Below, piece after piece: positions 16,819 through 25,283 of a stretch of DNA of 61,747 bases. This DNA is from Faecousia sp. (GTDB lineage Bacteria > Bacillota > Clostridia > Oscillospirales > Oscillospiraceae). The DNA is taken from assembly GCA_045601715.1 (NCBI GenBank), contig JAZSAD010000093.1, positions 1-61,747 of the forward strand, in the 5' to 3' direction. How positions within the stretch are numbered: position 1 is the stretch's first letter; the number at the start of each line of letters is the position of its first letter. Made by a program: the position numbers and the translations under genes. The notes beneath the pieces were generated by a model. That model was not told where the DNA came from and did no database searches. It was given only the letters and a program-made list of their open reading frames with translations.

Positions 16819-19065
16819 TTGAGACAGATTTTGAACTTAAACAGCCAGTGGGTATTTTCCAAGACTGCTACCGCAGTTCCTGCTGAGCTGGATACTACTT
16901 GGGAGGCGGTTAACCTGCCCCACACCTGGAACGCTATTGACGGCCAGGACGGCGGTAACGACTATCACCGCGGCACCTGCTACTATGCAAAGGAAATCCT
17001 GAAGGCTGACCTGCCCCAGGCAGAGCAGTACTATTTGGAATTCAGAGGTGCTAACTCCTCCGCCGATGTCCATGTGAATGGCAAGCACCTTGCCCATCAT
17101 GATGGCGGCTACTCCACCTGGCGTGTTAATGTCACCGAGGAGCTGACTGAAAAGACCCTGTTGGTGGTGGCTGTGGATAATGCGCCCAACGACCGGGTAT
17201 ATCCCCAGATGGCAGACTTTACCTTCTACGGCGGTCTGTACCGGGATGTAAATCTGATTGCTGTATCCGCATCCCACTTTGATTTGGACTACTACGGCAC
17301 TCCTGGCATTAAGGTCACCCCCGAAATCAAAGGCAACAATGCCGATGTAGAGGTTGAGGTGTTCCTGACCAATGCCAAGGACGGCCAGAGCGTTAAGTAC
17401 ACCATCTACGACAAAGAAGAAAATGTTGTGGCTACTGTAGAGTCTGCTGAGACCAAGGCAAACTTTGTGATCGAGAATGTCCATAAGTGGCATGGCCGGA
17501 AGGATCCTTATCTGTACTGCTGCGAGGCAGAACTCTGCGAGAACGGCGAAGTGATCGACAGCGTCTGCACCCGTTTCGGCTGCCGCAGCTATGTGATCGA
17601 TCCCGAGAACGGCTTCATCCTGAACGGTGAAGAGTACCCCCTGCGCGGTGTATCCCGTCACCAGGACCGTTGGGGTAAGGGTAATGCCCTCAGCCCTGAG
17701 GATCACGAAGAAGATGTGAAGCTGATTTGCGAGGTGGGCGCAACCACCATTCGTTTGGCTCACTATCAGCATGACCAGCATTTCTATGACCTGTGTGACG
17801 AGGCAGGTCTGGTGATCTGGGCAGAAATTCCCTATATTTCCAAGCATATGCCCGCCGGTCGTGAGAACACCATCAGCCAGATGACCGAGTTGATTACCCA
17901 GAACTACAACCACCCCTGTATCGTAGTTTGGGGTCTGTCCAATGAGATTTCTATCGGCGGCAGCGACGCAGACCTGCTGGAGAACCACCGTATCCTGAAC
18001 GACCTTGCCCACAAGATGGATAAAACCCGTCTGACTACTGTGGCAGCGGTTTCCATGTGTAAGATGGACGATCCCTACCTGCAGATTCCTGATGTGGTTT
18101 CCTACAATCACTATTTTGGCTGGTACGGCGGCGAGACCTCTATGAACGGTCCCTGGTTCGATAAGTTCCACGCTACCCATCCCAACATTCCCATCGGTTG
18201 CTCTGAATACGGCGCCGAGGCGCTGAAGTGGCACAACTCTGTCCCCCGTCAGGGCGACTACACTGAGGAATACCAGGCTTATTACCACGAGGAGCTGATC
18301 AAGCAGCTGTTCACCCGGAAATTTATGTGGGCAACCCATGTGTGGAATATGTTTGACTTCGGCGCCGATGCCCGTTCCGAGGGCGGCGAAAACGGTCAGA
18401 ACCACAAGGGCCTGATTACCATTGACCGCAAATACAAGAAGGACTCCTTCTATGCCTACAAAGCATGGCTCAGCGACGAACCCTTTGTCCACCTGTGCGG
18501 CAAGCGGTATGTAGACCGTGTGGAGGATGTGACCAAGGTTACCGTATACTCCAACCAGCCCAAAGTTGAGCTGTTTGCCAACGGCGAGAGCTTGGGTGTG
18601 AAGGAGGCAGCTGACCACTTCTTCTATTTTGAAGTGCCCAATGCTGGTGAAACCAAGCTGGAAGCGGTTGCCGGTGATTGCCGTGATGAGAGCGTGATCC
18701 GCAAGGTAGATACCTTCAATGAGGACTACCGTCTGGTAGAGGTTGGCGCGATCCTCAATTGGTTTGATATCGAAGAGAAACCCGGCCGTCTGTCCCTGAA
18801 CTCCAAGATGAGCGAAGTGATCTCTACCCTTCGCGGCAAGCTCCTGTTTGCCAAGCTGATGGGCAAGATGCTGGGCGGCGGCAAGAAGGGTGAGAAGGGA
18901 AAGCCCATGGGCTTTGAAATGACCCCCGAGCTGATGAGCATGATGGGCGGCTTCACCGTGCTGCGTCTGCTTACCATGGCAGGCGGTATGATGGATGCAA
19001 AATTCACCAAGGAAGATCTTCTGAAACTGAACAAAAAACTCAGCAAAATCAGAGCGCCTAAGTAA
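16819..19065 (+). CDS. GH2 beta-galactosidase/beta-glucuronidase-family glycoside hydrolase
   Basis: GGLYRDV, GVSRHQD, IRLAHYQH, WGLSNE (acid/base) and SEYG (nucleophile); no signal peptide. Confidence 0.93.
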   Translation: MRQILNLNSQWVFSKTATAVPAELDTTWEAVNLPHTWNAIDGQDGGNDYHRGTCYYAKEILKADLPQAEQYYLEFRGANSSADVHVNGKHLAHHDGGYSTWRVNVTEELTEKTLLVVAVDNAPNDRVYPQMADFTFYGGLYRDVNLIAVSASHFDLDYYGTPGIKVTPEIKGNNADVEVEVFLTNAKDGQSVKYTIYDKEENVVATVESAETKANFVIENVHKWHGRKDPYLYCCEAELCENGEVIDSVCTRFGCRSYVIDPENGFILNGEEYPLRGVSRHQDRWGKGNALSPEDHEEDVKLICEVGATTIRLAHYQHDQHFYDLCDEAGLVIWAEIPYISKHMPAGRENTISQMTELITQNYNHPCIVVWGLSNEISIGGSDADLLENHRILNDLAHKMDKTRLTTVAAVSMCKMDDPYLQIPDVVSYNHYFGWYGGETSMNGPWFDKFHATHPNIPIGCSEYGAEALKWHNSVPRQGDYTEEYQAYYHEELIKQLFTRKFMWATHVWNMFDFGADARSEGGENGQNHKGLITIDRKYKKDSFYAYKAWLSDEPFVHLCGKRYVDRVEDVTKVTVYSNQPKVELFANGESLGVKEAADHFFYFEVPNAGETKLEAVAGDCRDESVIRKVDTFNEDYRLVEVGAILNWFDIEEKPGRLSLNSKMSEVISTLRGKLLFAKLMGKMLGGGKKGEKGKPMGFEMTPELMSMMGGFTVLRLLTMAGGMMDAKFTKEDLLKLNKKLSKIRAPK

Positions 19066-19071
19066 GTATAG

Positions 19072-19103
19072 ACGTGGGTGTGCCAATGGTACACCCACGT
19101 TTT
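19072..19103 (+). terminator. Intrinsic terminator
   Basis: ACGTGGGTGT-GCCAATGGT-ACACCCACGT followed by TTT. Confidence 0.75.
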
Positions 19104-19123
19104 GTATAAACTGTAAGAATTTG

Positions 19124-19152
19124 TTGACAGATATCCCGTTTTATAGTATAAA
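19124..19152 (+). promoter_or_regulatory. sigma-A promoter
   Basis: TTGACA-17-TATAAA. Confidence 0.6.
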
Positions 19153-19208
19153 TAAACGAGCATAAACAGAAAGTTTATCAGAAAATCCCAGGGAACAGGA
19201 GATATAAA

Positions 19209-22151
19209 ATGAAAAGAATTTTCGCGATGTTGTTAGCGGTGGTAATGATTGCCGCGCTGCTGCCTGCCAATGCGTTGGTCAGCGCCGAAACCGTGACTGC
19301 CAAGCCCTTCTACTGCCTGAACGGTAAGGAGTTGTGGGAGGAAGATCCCTATGTCTATACAAAACCGTCCTTTTATACGAAATCAGTAAAGGTAGGGGAA
19401 GCGGTCAGCGTATCCTGTTACGGCACCAGTGATATCAAAACTCTTGCCCAAAAATTGAAAGAGGATTTTGATAACCGTCCCGAAGGAACCCGTTATTTCA
19501 ATTTTGGCTTGCTGACCAGGGCAATTCACCATATTGTGGAATACAGTGTTTATTTTGATAAGGCTGTTGACGTAACCCGTGAGTGGCTGGAAGAGTTCCT
19601 TGCCGAGTATAAACGTATCGGCGGTAAGCTGGACGGCATTGCCCTCGATCTGGAGTATATTTACTGTGGCGGTCTTTACGTCACCAGATCCTCCAAGAAT
19701 TATTACACAGATGCGGATGAGGTTCGGTATAACAATGAAAATATCTTCCAGGATATTGTCAATGACCCTCGGTATAAGACGGAACTCAGACCTATGCTGG
19801 AGCAGTACGGTTTTGATTTCTATCCCGCATCCAAGCAGGACGCTAAGAAATCTGAAATATACTCCATCTCTACGCAGAATAGCCGGGCCTACAATATCTG
19901 GGGCCATGTTATGAATCTGCGTATGAGAAAGGCCTGTGACGATGCGGTTTATGCGCCCCTGATCAAGTATTACCCTGATGCGCTGATTAGCGACTATCAG
20001 GTTTGGTATAGCAATGGCTGGCAGAAAGCATTAAAGGATTCCGCATCTCCCATTCTGGGTAACCGCACCGGCGTCGGCGGTCTTTCCTGCTTCAATGCCT
20101 ATGCCGCCCGTCCCAATGTGTCCATCTACGGCATGGATTCCAAAACCAAAAAGCCTTTGGCAAATCCCAACTATACATATCCTGCATCTTATAATGAAGC
20201 AGCCTACGAGCTGACTGCGTTTAATACCTGCCTGTGGGAACTGAATATCTTTAAGAAGATGTATGAGGCTACGGAGTCTAAGAAGATTGCCGCTCATATT
20301 ACATACTTCAACTATCATCCCACCAGACTGGGCACCTACTCCAATACCCCTTACTACACAGAGAATGTGTTCCATATTGCATTGATGGATCCCAAGCCCT
20401 TGATGAGTTATATTATTCCCAGTGAGGTTGTAAATAACGGTCAAAACTTTGACGATCCCAATATTGGAGACTACGAATACAATATAAATGTTGTTTCCTC
20501 TATCATGAAGGAGCTGACCCGTGTGGCCGGCGCTTCTGACCGGAAGCCCATTGAGGTTCCCGCTACCTGGAACAGCAAGTTTATTCTGTCCGGTATGTAT
20601 GCCGGCGGCCGTAACATCTGGCGTATTACTCCCGATACCTCTACCGGTGTGACCCTGGAACAGTTCAAGGTAAAGGATAAGGCGCCCACCTTCTACATCA
20701 ACGGTCAGACCATTACCTTCCCTCAGGGCAGAATTATCAAAGACGGCAATATTCTTCAGGTGGGCAGCTGCGGCTACTGGGTAGAAACCCCCGCCAATGT
20801 AATGCCTATTGTCACCAATGATACAGACCGTTACAGCAAATATCCCTCCCTGCTGGAGGATTTTGAGGGCTATGCCGCTGACAGCGTTTTTGACAGCACT
20901 ACAGCTCTGCCCGCTAAAACCTGGGAAGTGGGTGGTAATGCCAAGGTGCAGGCCCACGGCGCCGGCAAGGCGCTTGCGCTTACCGGTTCTGTTACCCTTC
21001 AGAATGTAAAGCTGCCTGCTAATATTACCGCAGGCGATGCCTATGCCAAGCAGCAGGCTTGGGAAATGACCGTCACCCTGCCTAACTCCGGTGAGATGAA
21101 GCTGTTGACCCACTCCACAAGCGATTTGGGTATCAAGCTTGCCGACGGCAAGATGTATTATGACCAGGGCGGCAAGTATCAGGAATTGGCCGGTGTCAGC
21201 CTGTCTGCAGGCAGCACCTATACAGTCAAGAAAGAAATCGATTTCCGTACTGCCAATGCTTTTAAGGTCAGCTATTCCGTCTACGATGCCAACGGCAATA
21301 AGCTGGGCGGCGAGGATAATGTGGCGGTGGCTACTGTTTCTTTGCCGATTTCAAAGATTGGTATTTCCTGCCGGAATGTCTCCGGCACTGCCTATATCGA
21401 CAATTATAAGCTGTATCCCACCGGTGTTACCACCGAACTGGAGGCTTATGATGCGGCCACCGGTTACATACTGGATGGCACAACCTCCAATAAGGATGCA
21501 GCCTACCGTATGTCCTGGATGAATGCTTCTTCCCAGCCTAAGGTTGCCAAGGTTTATAACAACGGAACGCTGTTGGAAACCATTCAGATGGCGCCCGGTC
21601 AGGACGGCGTTGCAACCGGTGTTGTGAAGGGCAGTAACATCAGCTTCACAGTAACCACCGAAAATGGCACCGCAGCCTCCGCTCCCAACTATGACAATGG
21701 CGATTTCGGTTGGACAGCAACTGCAGAGTCTATCGGATTGGCAAGCGGTAAGCCTGCCAATGGCGGCAGCAATAACGGCGGCAGCAATAACGGTGGCGCT
21801 AACACCGATACACCGAATGTCACCACCCCCAACAGCGGCGCAGATGCAACCCAACCCACCGGTGGCGTGGATGCAACCAATCCCAATGGCGGCAATGATA
21901 GCACCATTCCCGGTGGCAGCCAGTCCGGTACCAACAAGCCCGACAGCAACAAGCCCGACAGCAACAAGCCCGGCAACAATAAACCTGCTGAGGGTAATGA
22001 TGAGGACGGCGTGATTATTGCCCTGATTGTGATTCTGGTTGTGCTGTTGCTTGGTGGCGGATTCGCCTTGCTTTGGTTCGTTGTGAAACCGAAATGGTTA
22101 ATGGCGCTGAAGCCCAAGATTCAGAATCTGTTTAAGAAATCAGAAAATTAA
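19209..22151 (+). CDS. Large secreted, C-terminally TM-anchored protein of unknown function, paralog 1 (GH18-like DGxxxDxE motif)
   Basis: Signal peptide, KLDGIALDLEY motif, Gly/Asn/Pro linker, C-terminal TM plus basic tail; homologous to the next two ORFs. Confidence 0.85.
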   Translation: MKRIFAMLLAVVMIAALLPANALVSAETVTAKPFYCLNGKELWEEDPYVYTKPSFYTKSVKVGEAVSVSCYGTSDIKTLAQKLKEDFDNRPEGTRYFNFGLLTRAIHHIVEYSVYFDKAVDVTREWLEEFLAEYKRIGGKLDGIALDLEYIYCGGLYVTRSSKNYYTDADEVRYNNENIFQDIVNDPRYKTELRPMLEQYGFDFYPASKQDAKKSEIYSISTQNSRAYNIWGHVMNLRMRKACDDAVYAPLIKYYPDALISDYQVWYSNGWQKALKDSASPILGNRTGVGGLSCFNAYAARPNVSIYGMDSKTKKPLANPNYTYPASYNEAAYELTAFNTCLWELNIFKKMYEATESKKIAAHITYFNYHPTRLGTYSNTPYYTENVFHIALMDPKPLMSYIIPSEVVNNGQNFDDPNIGDYEYNINVVSSIMKELTRVAGASDRKPIEVPATWNSKFILSGMYAGGRNIWRITPDTSTGVTLEQFKVKDKAPTFYINGQTITFPQGRIIKDGNILQVGSCGYWVETPANVMPIVTNDTDRYSKYPSLLEDFEGYAADSVFDSTTALPAKTWEVGGNAKVQAHGAGKALALTGSVTLQNVKLPANITAGDAYAKQQAWEMTVTLPNSGEMKLLTHSTSDLGIKLADGKMYYDQGGKYQELAGVSLSAGSTYTVKKEIDFRTANAFKVSYSVYDANGNKLGGEDNVAVATVSLPISKIGISCRNVSGTAYIDNYKLYPTGVTTELEAYDAATGYILDGTTSNKDAAYRMSWMNASSQPKVAKVYNNGTLLETIQMAPGQDGVATGVVKGSNISFTVTTENGTAASAPNYDNGDFGWTATAESIGLASGKPANGGSNNGGSNNGGANTDTPNVTTPNSGADATQPTGGVDATNPNGGNDSTIPGGSQSGTNKPDSNKPDSNKPGNNKPAEGNDEDGVIIALIVILVVLLLGGGFALLWFVVKPKWLMALKPKIQNLFKKSEN
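21933..21977 (+). repeat. 15-bp coding tandem repeat (NKPDS x3, third copy degenerate)
   Basis: AACAAGCCCGACAGC twice, then AACAAGCCCGGCAAC. Confidence 0.8.
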
Positions 22152-22172
22152 AAGCCAACGGATATAACCCAT

Positions 22173-22205
22173 AAAAGCGGGTGCGTATTTACGCACCCGC
22201 TTTTT
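22173..22205 (+). terminator. Intrinsic terminator
   Basis: AAAAGCGGGTGCGTA-TT-TACGCACCCGCTTTTT. Confidence 0.85.
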
Positions 22206-22299
22206 ATACGCAATGCCTGTTATGCAAGAAGTATTTGTAAATATATATGACTCCGATGTACATTATAACTAAATACAAATGCAAAGATGAGGAAATTGC

Positions 22300-22328
22300 T
22301 TGCAAACTAAACAAAGAATCAGTATAAT
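22300..22328 (+). promoter_or_regulatory. sigma-A promoter
   Basis: TTGCAA-17-TATAAT. Confidence 0.65.
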
Positions 22329-22395
22329 AGATAAAGTACAGCAATGTATGGGATTTTTGAAATCCAAATACATTTTTAGAGAAGGAGCATTTGAA

Positions 22396-25155
22396 ATGAA
22401 AAGATTTTTAGCGATCCTTTTGGCTCTCACAATGGTCTTGCCTATGTGCGTGTTTGCAAATGCGGCAGACGAAAAAGTGACAGCCAAACCCTTTGTTATG
22501 ACCAACTCTGAGATCCTTTCTGATGCAGACTACGACAACTACTACGGTAAGATTCAATTCTGGAGCCGTAATTCTGATCAGTATATGTCAGATGACAGTA
22601 TGATCATCAGTGTGCCCGGTCACGGCAACGAAATCAAGAAAATTGCCGAAAACCTGAAGGAGACCTTCGAGGAGTATCCCGAGGGTACCCGGTATCTCCG
22701 TTACACTGCCCTTAGACCTGTTATGTTGAGACATCAGGAAGATACCATCTTCTTTGAGAAGGGTATTCAGATTGCAAATGAATGGTTTACCGAATTCATC
22801 AATTACTACAAGTCCATTGGCGGTAAGATTGACGGCGTGGTAGCCGACGTGGAAATCTTCGACGTTTTCTGCTACGATATGACCCAGGCCGCTCTGAAAA
22901 ATCCGATGATTTACAAGGATATTGTAGAGAACCCGAACTATGCTACCAAGATTCGTCCTGCATTGGAAGAGCGTGGCTTTAAGTTCTGGCCCAATGTAAG
23001 CGATCACACTCCCGAAATCTACAGCATCAATTTAAACTCCGGCAATGAGTATGCTCAGTCCCGCAGTATTTGGGATATCGTAATTCGTAACCATCTGAAC
23101 CAGTATGTTAACGAAGCATTCCTGGAACCCCTGCTGGCTAATTACCCCGACGCAATCCTCTGCGACTATCAGGCCCGCACTACATATTCCTGGTTGAAGA
23201 CTCCCAACGATAAGGGTGTTATTGCTTCCGGCGGTAATTACTACACCGCAGGTAATGTCAACTATATGAACTCCTACGCTGCTCGTCCCGGTACCGGCTT
23301 CTTTAAGGATGGCAACACGGTTGTTTACAAGAACCTGCCCTCCTACAACGGCACAGTATGGGAAGATAACCCCTTTAATATGGTGCTGTGGGATACGATC
23401 AACGCAAAGAACTTGAAGGCTTCTGCTCCCGATGGTAAGTTCACCGCGACTATGACCTTCTATAACTATACCGGTAGACAGACCTCCTACTGTAACAATG
23501 CCTACTATTCTGAGATTATGTATCATATGGGCATGCTGGATCCCACTCCCTTCCAGTCTTATTGCATTGAGAGCGAGATTGTGAATAGAGGCACCGATGT
23601 GAATGAAGCAGTTAAGGTGATTTCTGAGTTGCTGGATGAGTTGACCCGCGTGGCAGGCTACTCTGACCGTAAGCATATTCCTATGCCCTACACTTGGAAC
23701 GATAAGTACATCGTCACCGGTATGTATGCCAACGGCAGAAATATCTGGCGTATTACCCCCGACACCACCGGCGGTATGACCTTGAAGGACTTCAAGGTAG
23801 AGGGCGCTAAGGATCCCACCTTCTCCATTGCCGGCCAGACCATTACCTTCCCCGGCGGTAAGATTATCGAGGATTCCAAGATTTCTGTTGTTGGTACTTG
23901 CGGCTACTGGGTTGAGACCGCTAAGGATGTTGTTCCTGTCATCAGCTACATTGAAAACCGTTACGAGGAATATCCTGCATTCATCGAAACCTACGAATCC
24001 TATAAGGCAAACGCCAATTTTGATTTCAATACTGCCAACCCCTCCGGTTGCTATGAGGTAAAGAAGACCAAGAATGCCACCGCTAAGATCGTTGCTGTTG
24101 ACGGTAATAATGCGCTGGCTTTCACCGGCGATTTCAGCCTGAAGCTGAAGGAAATTCTGAAGAATGTCACCGCAGGCGATACCTATGCCGAGAATCAGGC
24201 GTGGGAAGTGGAAGTAACTGTTCCGGCCAATATGGCAGCGGAAGCTGAGATCGTTGCTCTGAATATCTTTGGCACCAAGTCCAAGGCGGATGAGGGCGGC
24301 TTTAAGATTGCCGGCGGCAAGGTTTACTATGATAAGGCCGGTGAATATGTAGAGCTGGAAGGCGTGGACGTTTCTGCCGGCGGTAAGCTCAAGCTGAAAA
24401 GATGTGTCGATTTCAATAACGCAGAAGCCTTCACCAGCGATTACGCTGTCTATGATGCATCCGGCAAGCTGCTGGGTCAGGTGAAGGATGTGCCTATGGT
24501 CCAGGTGAAGATTCCTGTTGAGAAGCTGAACCTGAGCGTGGCAGGTGTTACCGGCGATGCCGTTCTGTTTGATAATTTCAAGCTGTACACCAACGGCGTA
24601 GGCGCTGACTTTGAACTGTACAATGCTAAGACCGGTATTGAGTACACCGACCTGGAGACCGCTAAGGATTCCAACACTGCATACCGTCTGTCCTGGATCA
24701 ACGCAACCGCTTACGAGAAGGTTTACTCCATCGTCGCTGCCTACTACAATGGCGACAAGCTTGTAGAAGAGAAGGTCGTTGAGGAGATCAAGATGGCTCC
24801 AGGCACCGACTATGTAGCAACCGGTGTTGTGGAGGTGAAGGACGGCCAGACTGTTAAGGTTTACGCCCGGAACGACAGCCAGCCTGAGCCTGAAGATGGC
24901 GGCAAGCCTGGTTCCAACAAGCCCGGCGCAACCAATCCTAAGGGTGACGATGCCACCTTGCTGATTGTGGTGATTGCTGCTGCAGTTGTTCTGCTGGTAG
25001 GTATTGCTGTAGCAGTTGTGCTTCTGACCAAGAAGCCTGCAAAGAAGAAAAAGAAATCTGCAAAGAAGACTACCAAGAAGGCTCCCCAGAAGGCTACCAA
25101 GGAAGTTTCCAAGAAAGCAACCGAGGAAGTAACTAAGGACGAGACCACTGAATAA
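22396..25155 (+). CDS. Large secreted, C-terminally TM-anchored protein, paralog 2
   Basis: AAGGAG RBS, MKRFLAILLAL signal peptide, KIDGVVADVE motif, TM segment and Lys-rich tail. Confidence 0.85.
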   Translation: MKRFLAILLALTMVLPMCVFANAADEKVTAKPFVMTNSEILSDADYDNYYGKIQFWSRNSDQYMSDDSMIISVPGHGNEIKKIAENLKETFEEYPEGTRYLRYTALRPVMLRHQEDTIFFEKGIQIANEWFTEFINYYKSIGGKIDGVVADVEIFDVFCYDMTQAALKNPMIYKDIVENPNYATKIRPALEERGFKFWPNVSDHTPEIYSINLNSGNEYAQSRSIWDIVIRNHLNQYVNEAFLEPLLANYPDAILCDYQARTTYSWLKTPNDKGVIASGGNYYTAGNVNYMNSYAARPGTGFFKDGNTVVYKNLPSYNGTVWEDNPFNMVLWDTINAKNLKASAPDGKFTATMTFYNYTGRQTSYCNNAYYSEIMYHMGMLDPTPFQSYCIESEIVNRGTDVNEAVKVISELLDELTRVAGYSDRKHIPMPYTWNDKYIVTGMYANGRNIWRITPDTTGGMTLKDFKVEGAKDPTFSIAGQTITFPGGKIIEDSKISVVGTCGYWVETAKDVVPVISYIENRYEEYPAFIETYESYKANANFDFNTANPSGCYEVKKTKNATAKIVAVDGNNALAFTGDFSLKLKEILKNVTAGDTYAENQAWEVEVTVPANMAAEAEIVALNIFGTKSKADEGGFKIAGGKVYYDKAGEYVELEGVDVSAGGKLKLKRCVDFNNAEAFTSDYAVYDASGKLLGQVKDVPMVQVKIPVEKLNLSVAGVTGDAVLFDNFKLYTNGVGADFELYNAKTGIEYTDLETAKDSNTAYRLSWINATAYEKVYSIVAAYYNGDKLVEEKVVEEIKMAPGTDYVATGVVEVKDGQTVKVYARNDSQPEPEDGGKPGSNKPGATNPKGDDATLLIVVIAAAVVLLVGIAVAVVLLTKKPAKKKKKSAKKTTKKAPQKATKEVSKKATEEVTKDETTE

Positions 25156-25161
25156 TTCTTT

Positions 25162-25193
25162 CCCCCTGCTGCAACATGCAGCAGGGGGTTTTT
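25162..25193 (+). terminator. Intrinsic terminator
   Basis: CCCCCTGCTGCA-ACA-TGCAGCAGGGGG followed by a T-tract. Confidence 0.85.
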
Positions 25194-25205
25194 CCATAAA
25201 AACTG

Positions 25206-25234
25206 TTGACATATATTTTGTTATATAGTAAACT
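25206..25234 (+). promoter_or_regulatory. sigma-A promoter
   Basis: TTGACA-17-TAAACT. Confidence 0.6.
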
Positions 25235-25283
25235 AAATGAAATTGTAATATGCAATTTAGAACAAATGATGGAGGAAATAAGA

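Noticed and set aside
16837-19098. 753-aa antisense ORF, and similar long antisense ORFs at 23032-25212, 14931-16451, 38128-39657, 50570-52117 and 7779-8987
   Set aside because: They are shadows of well-supported genes on the opposite strand, explained by codon bias, with no recognisable motifs.
21761-21990. GGSNN and NKPDS repeats (and the PPATQ repeats at 56084-56158) as arrays
   Set aside because: These are in-frame low-complexity protein linkers, not spacer-containing arrays.
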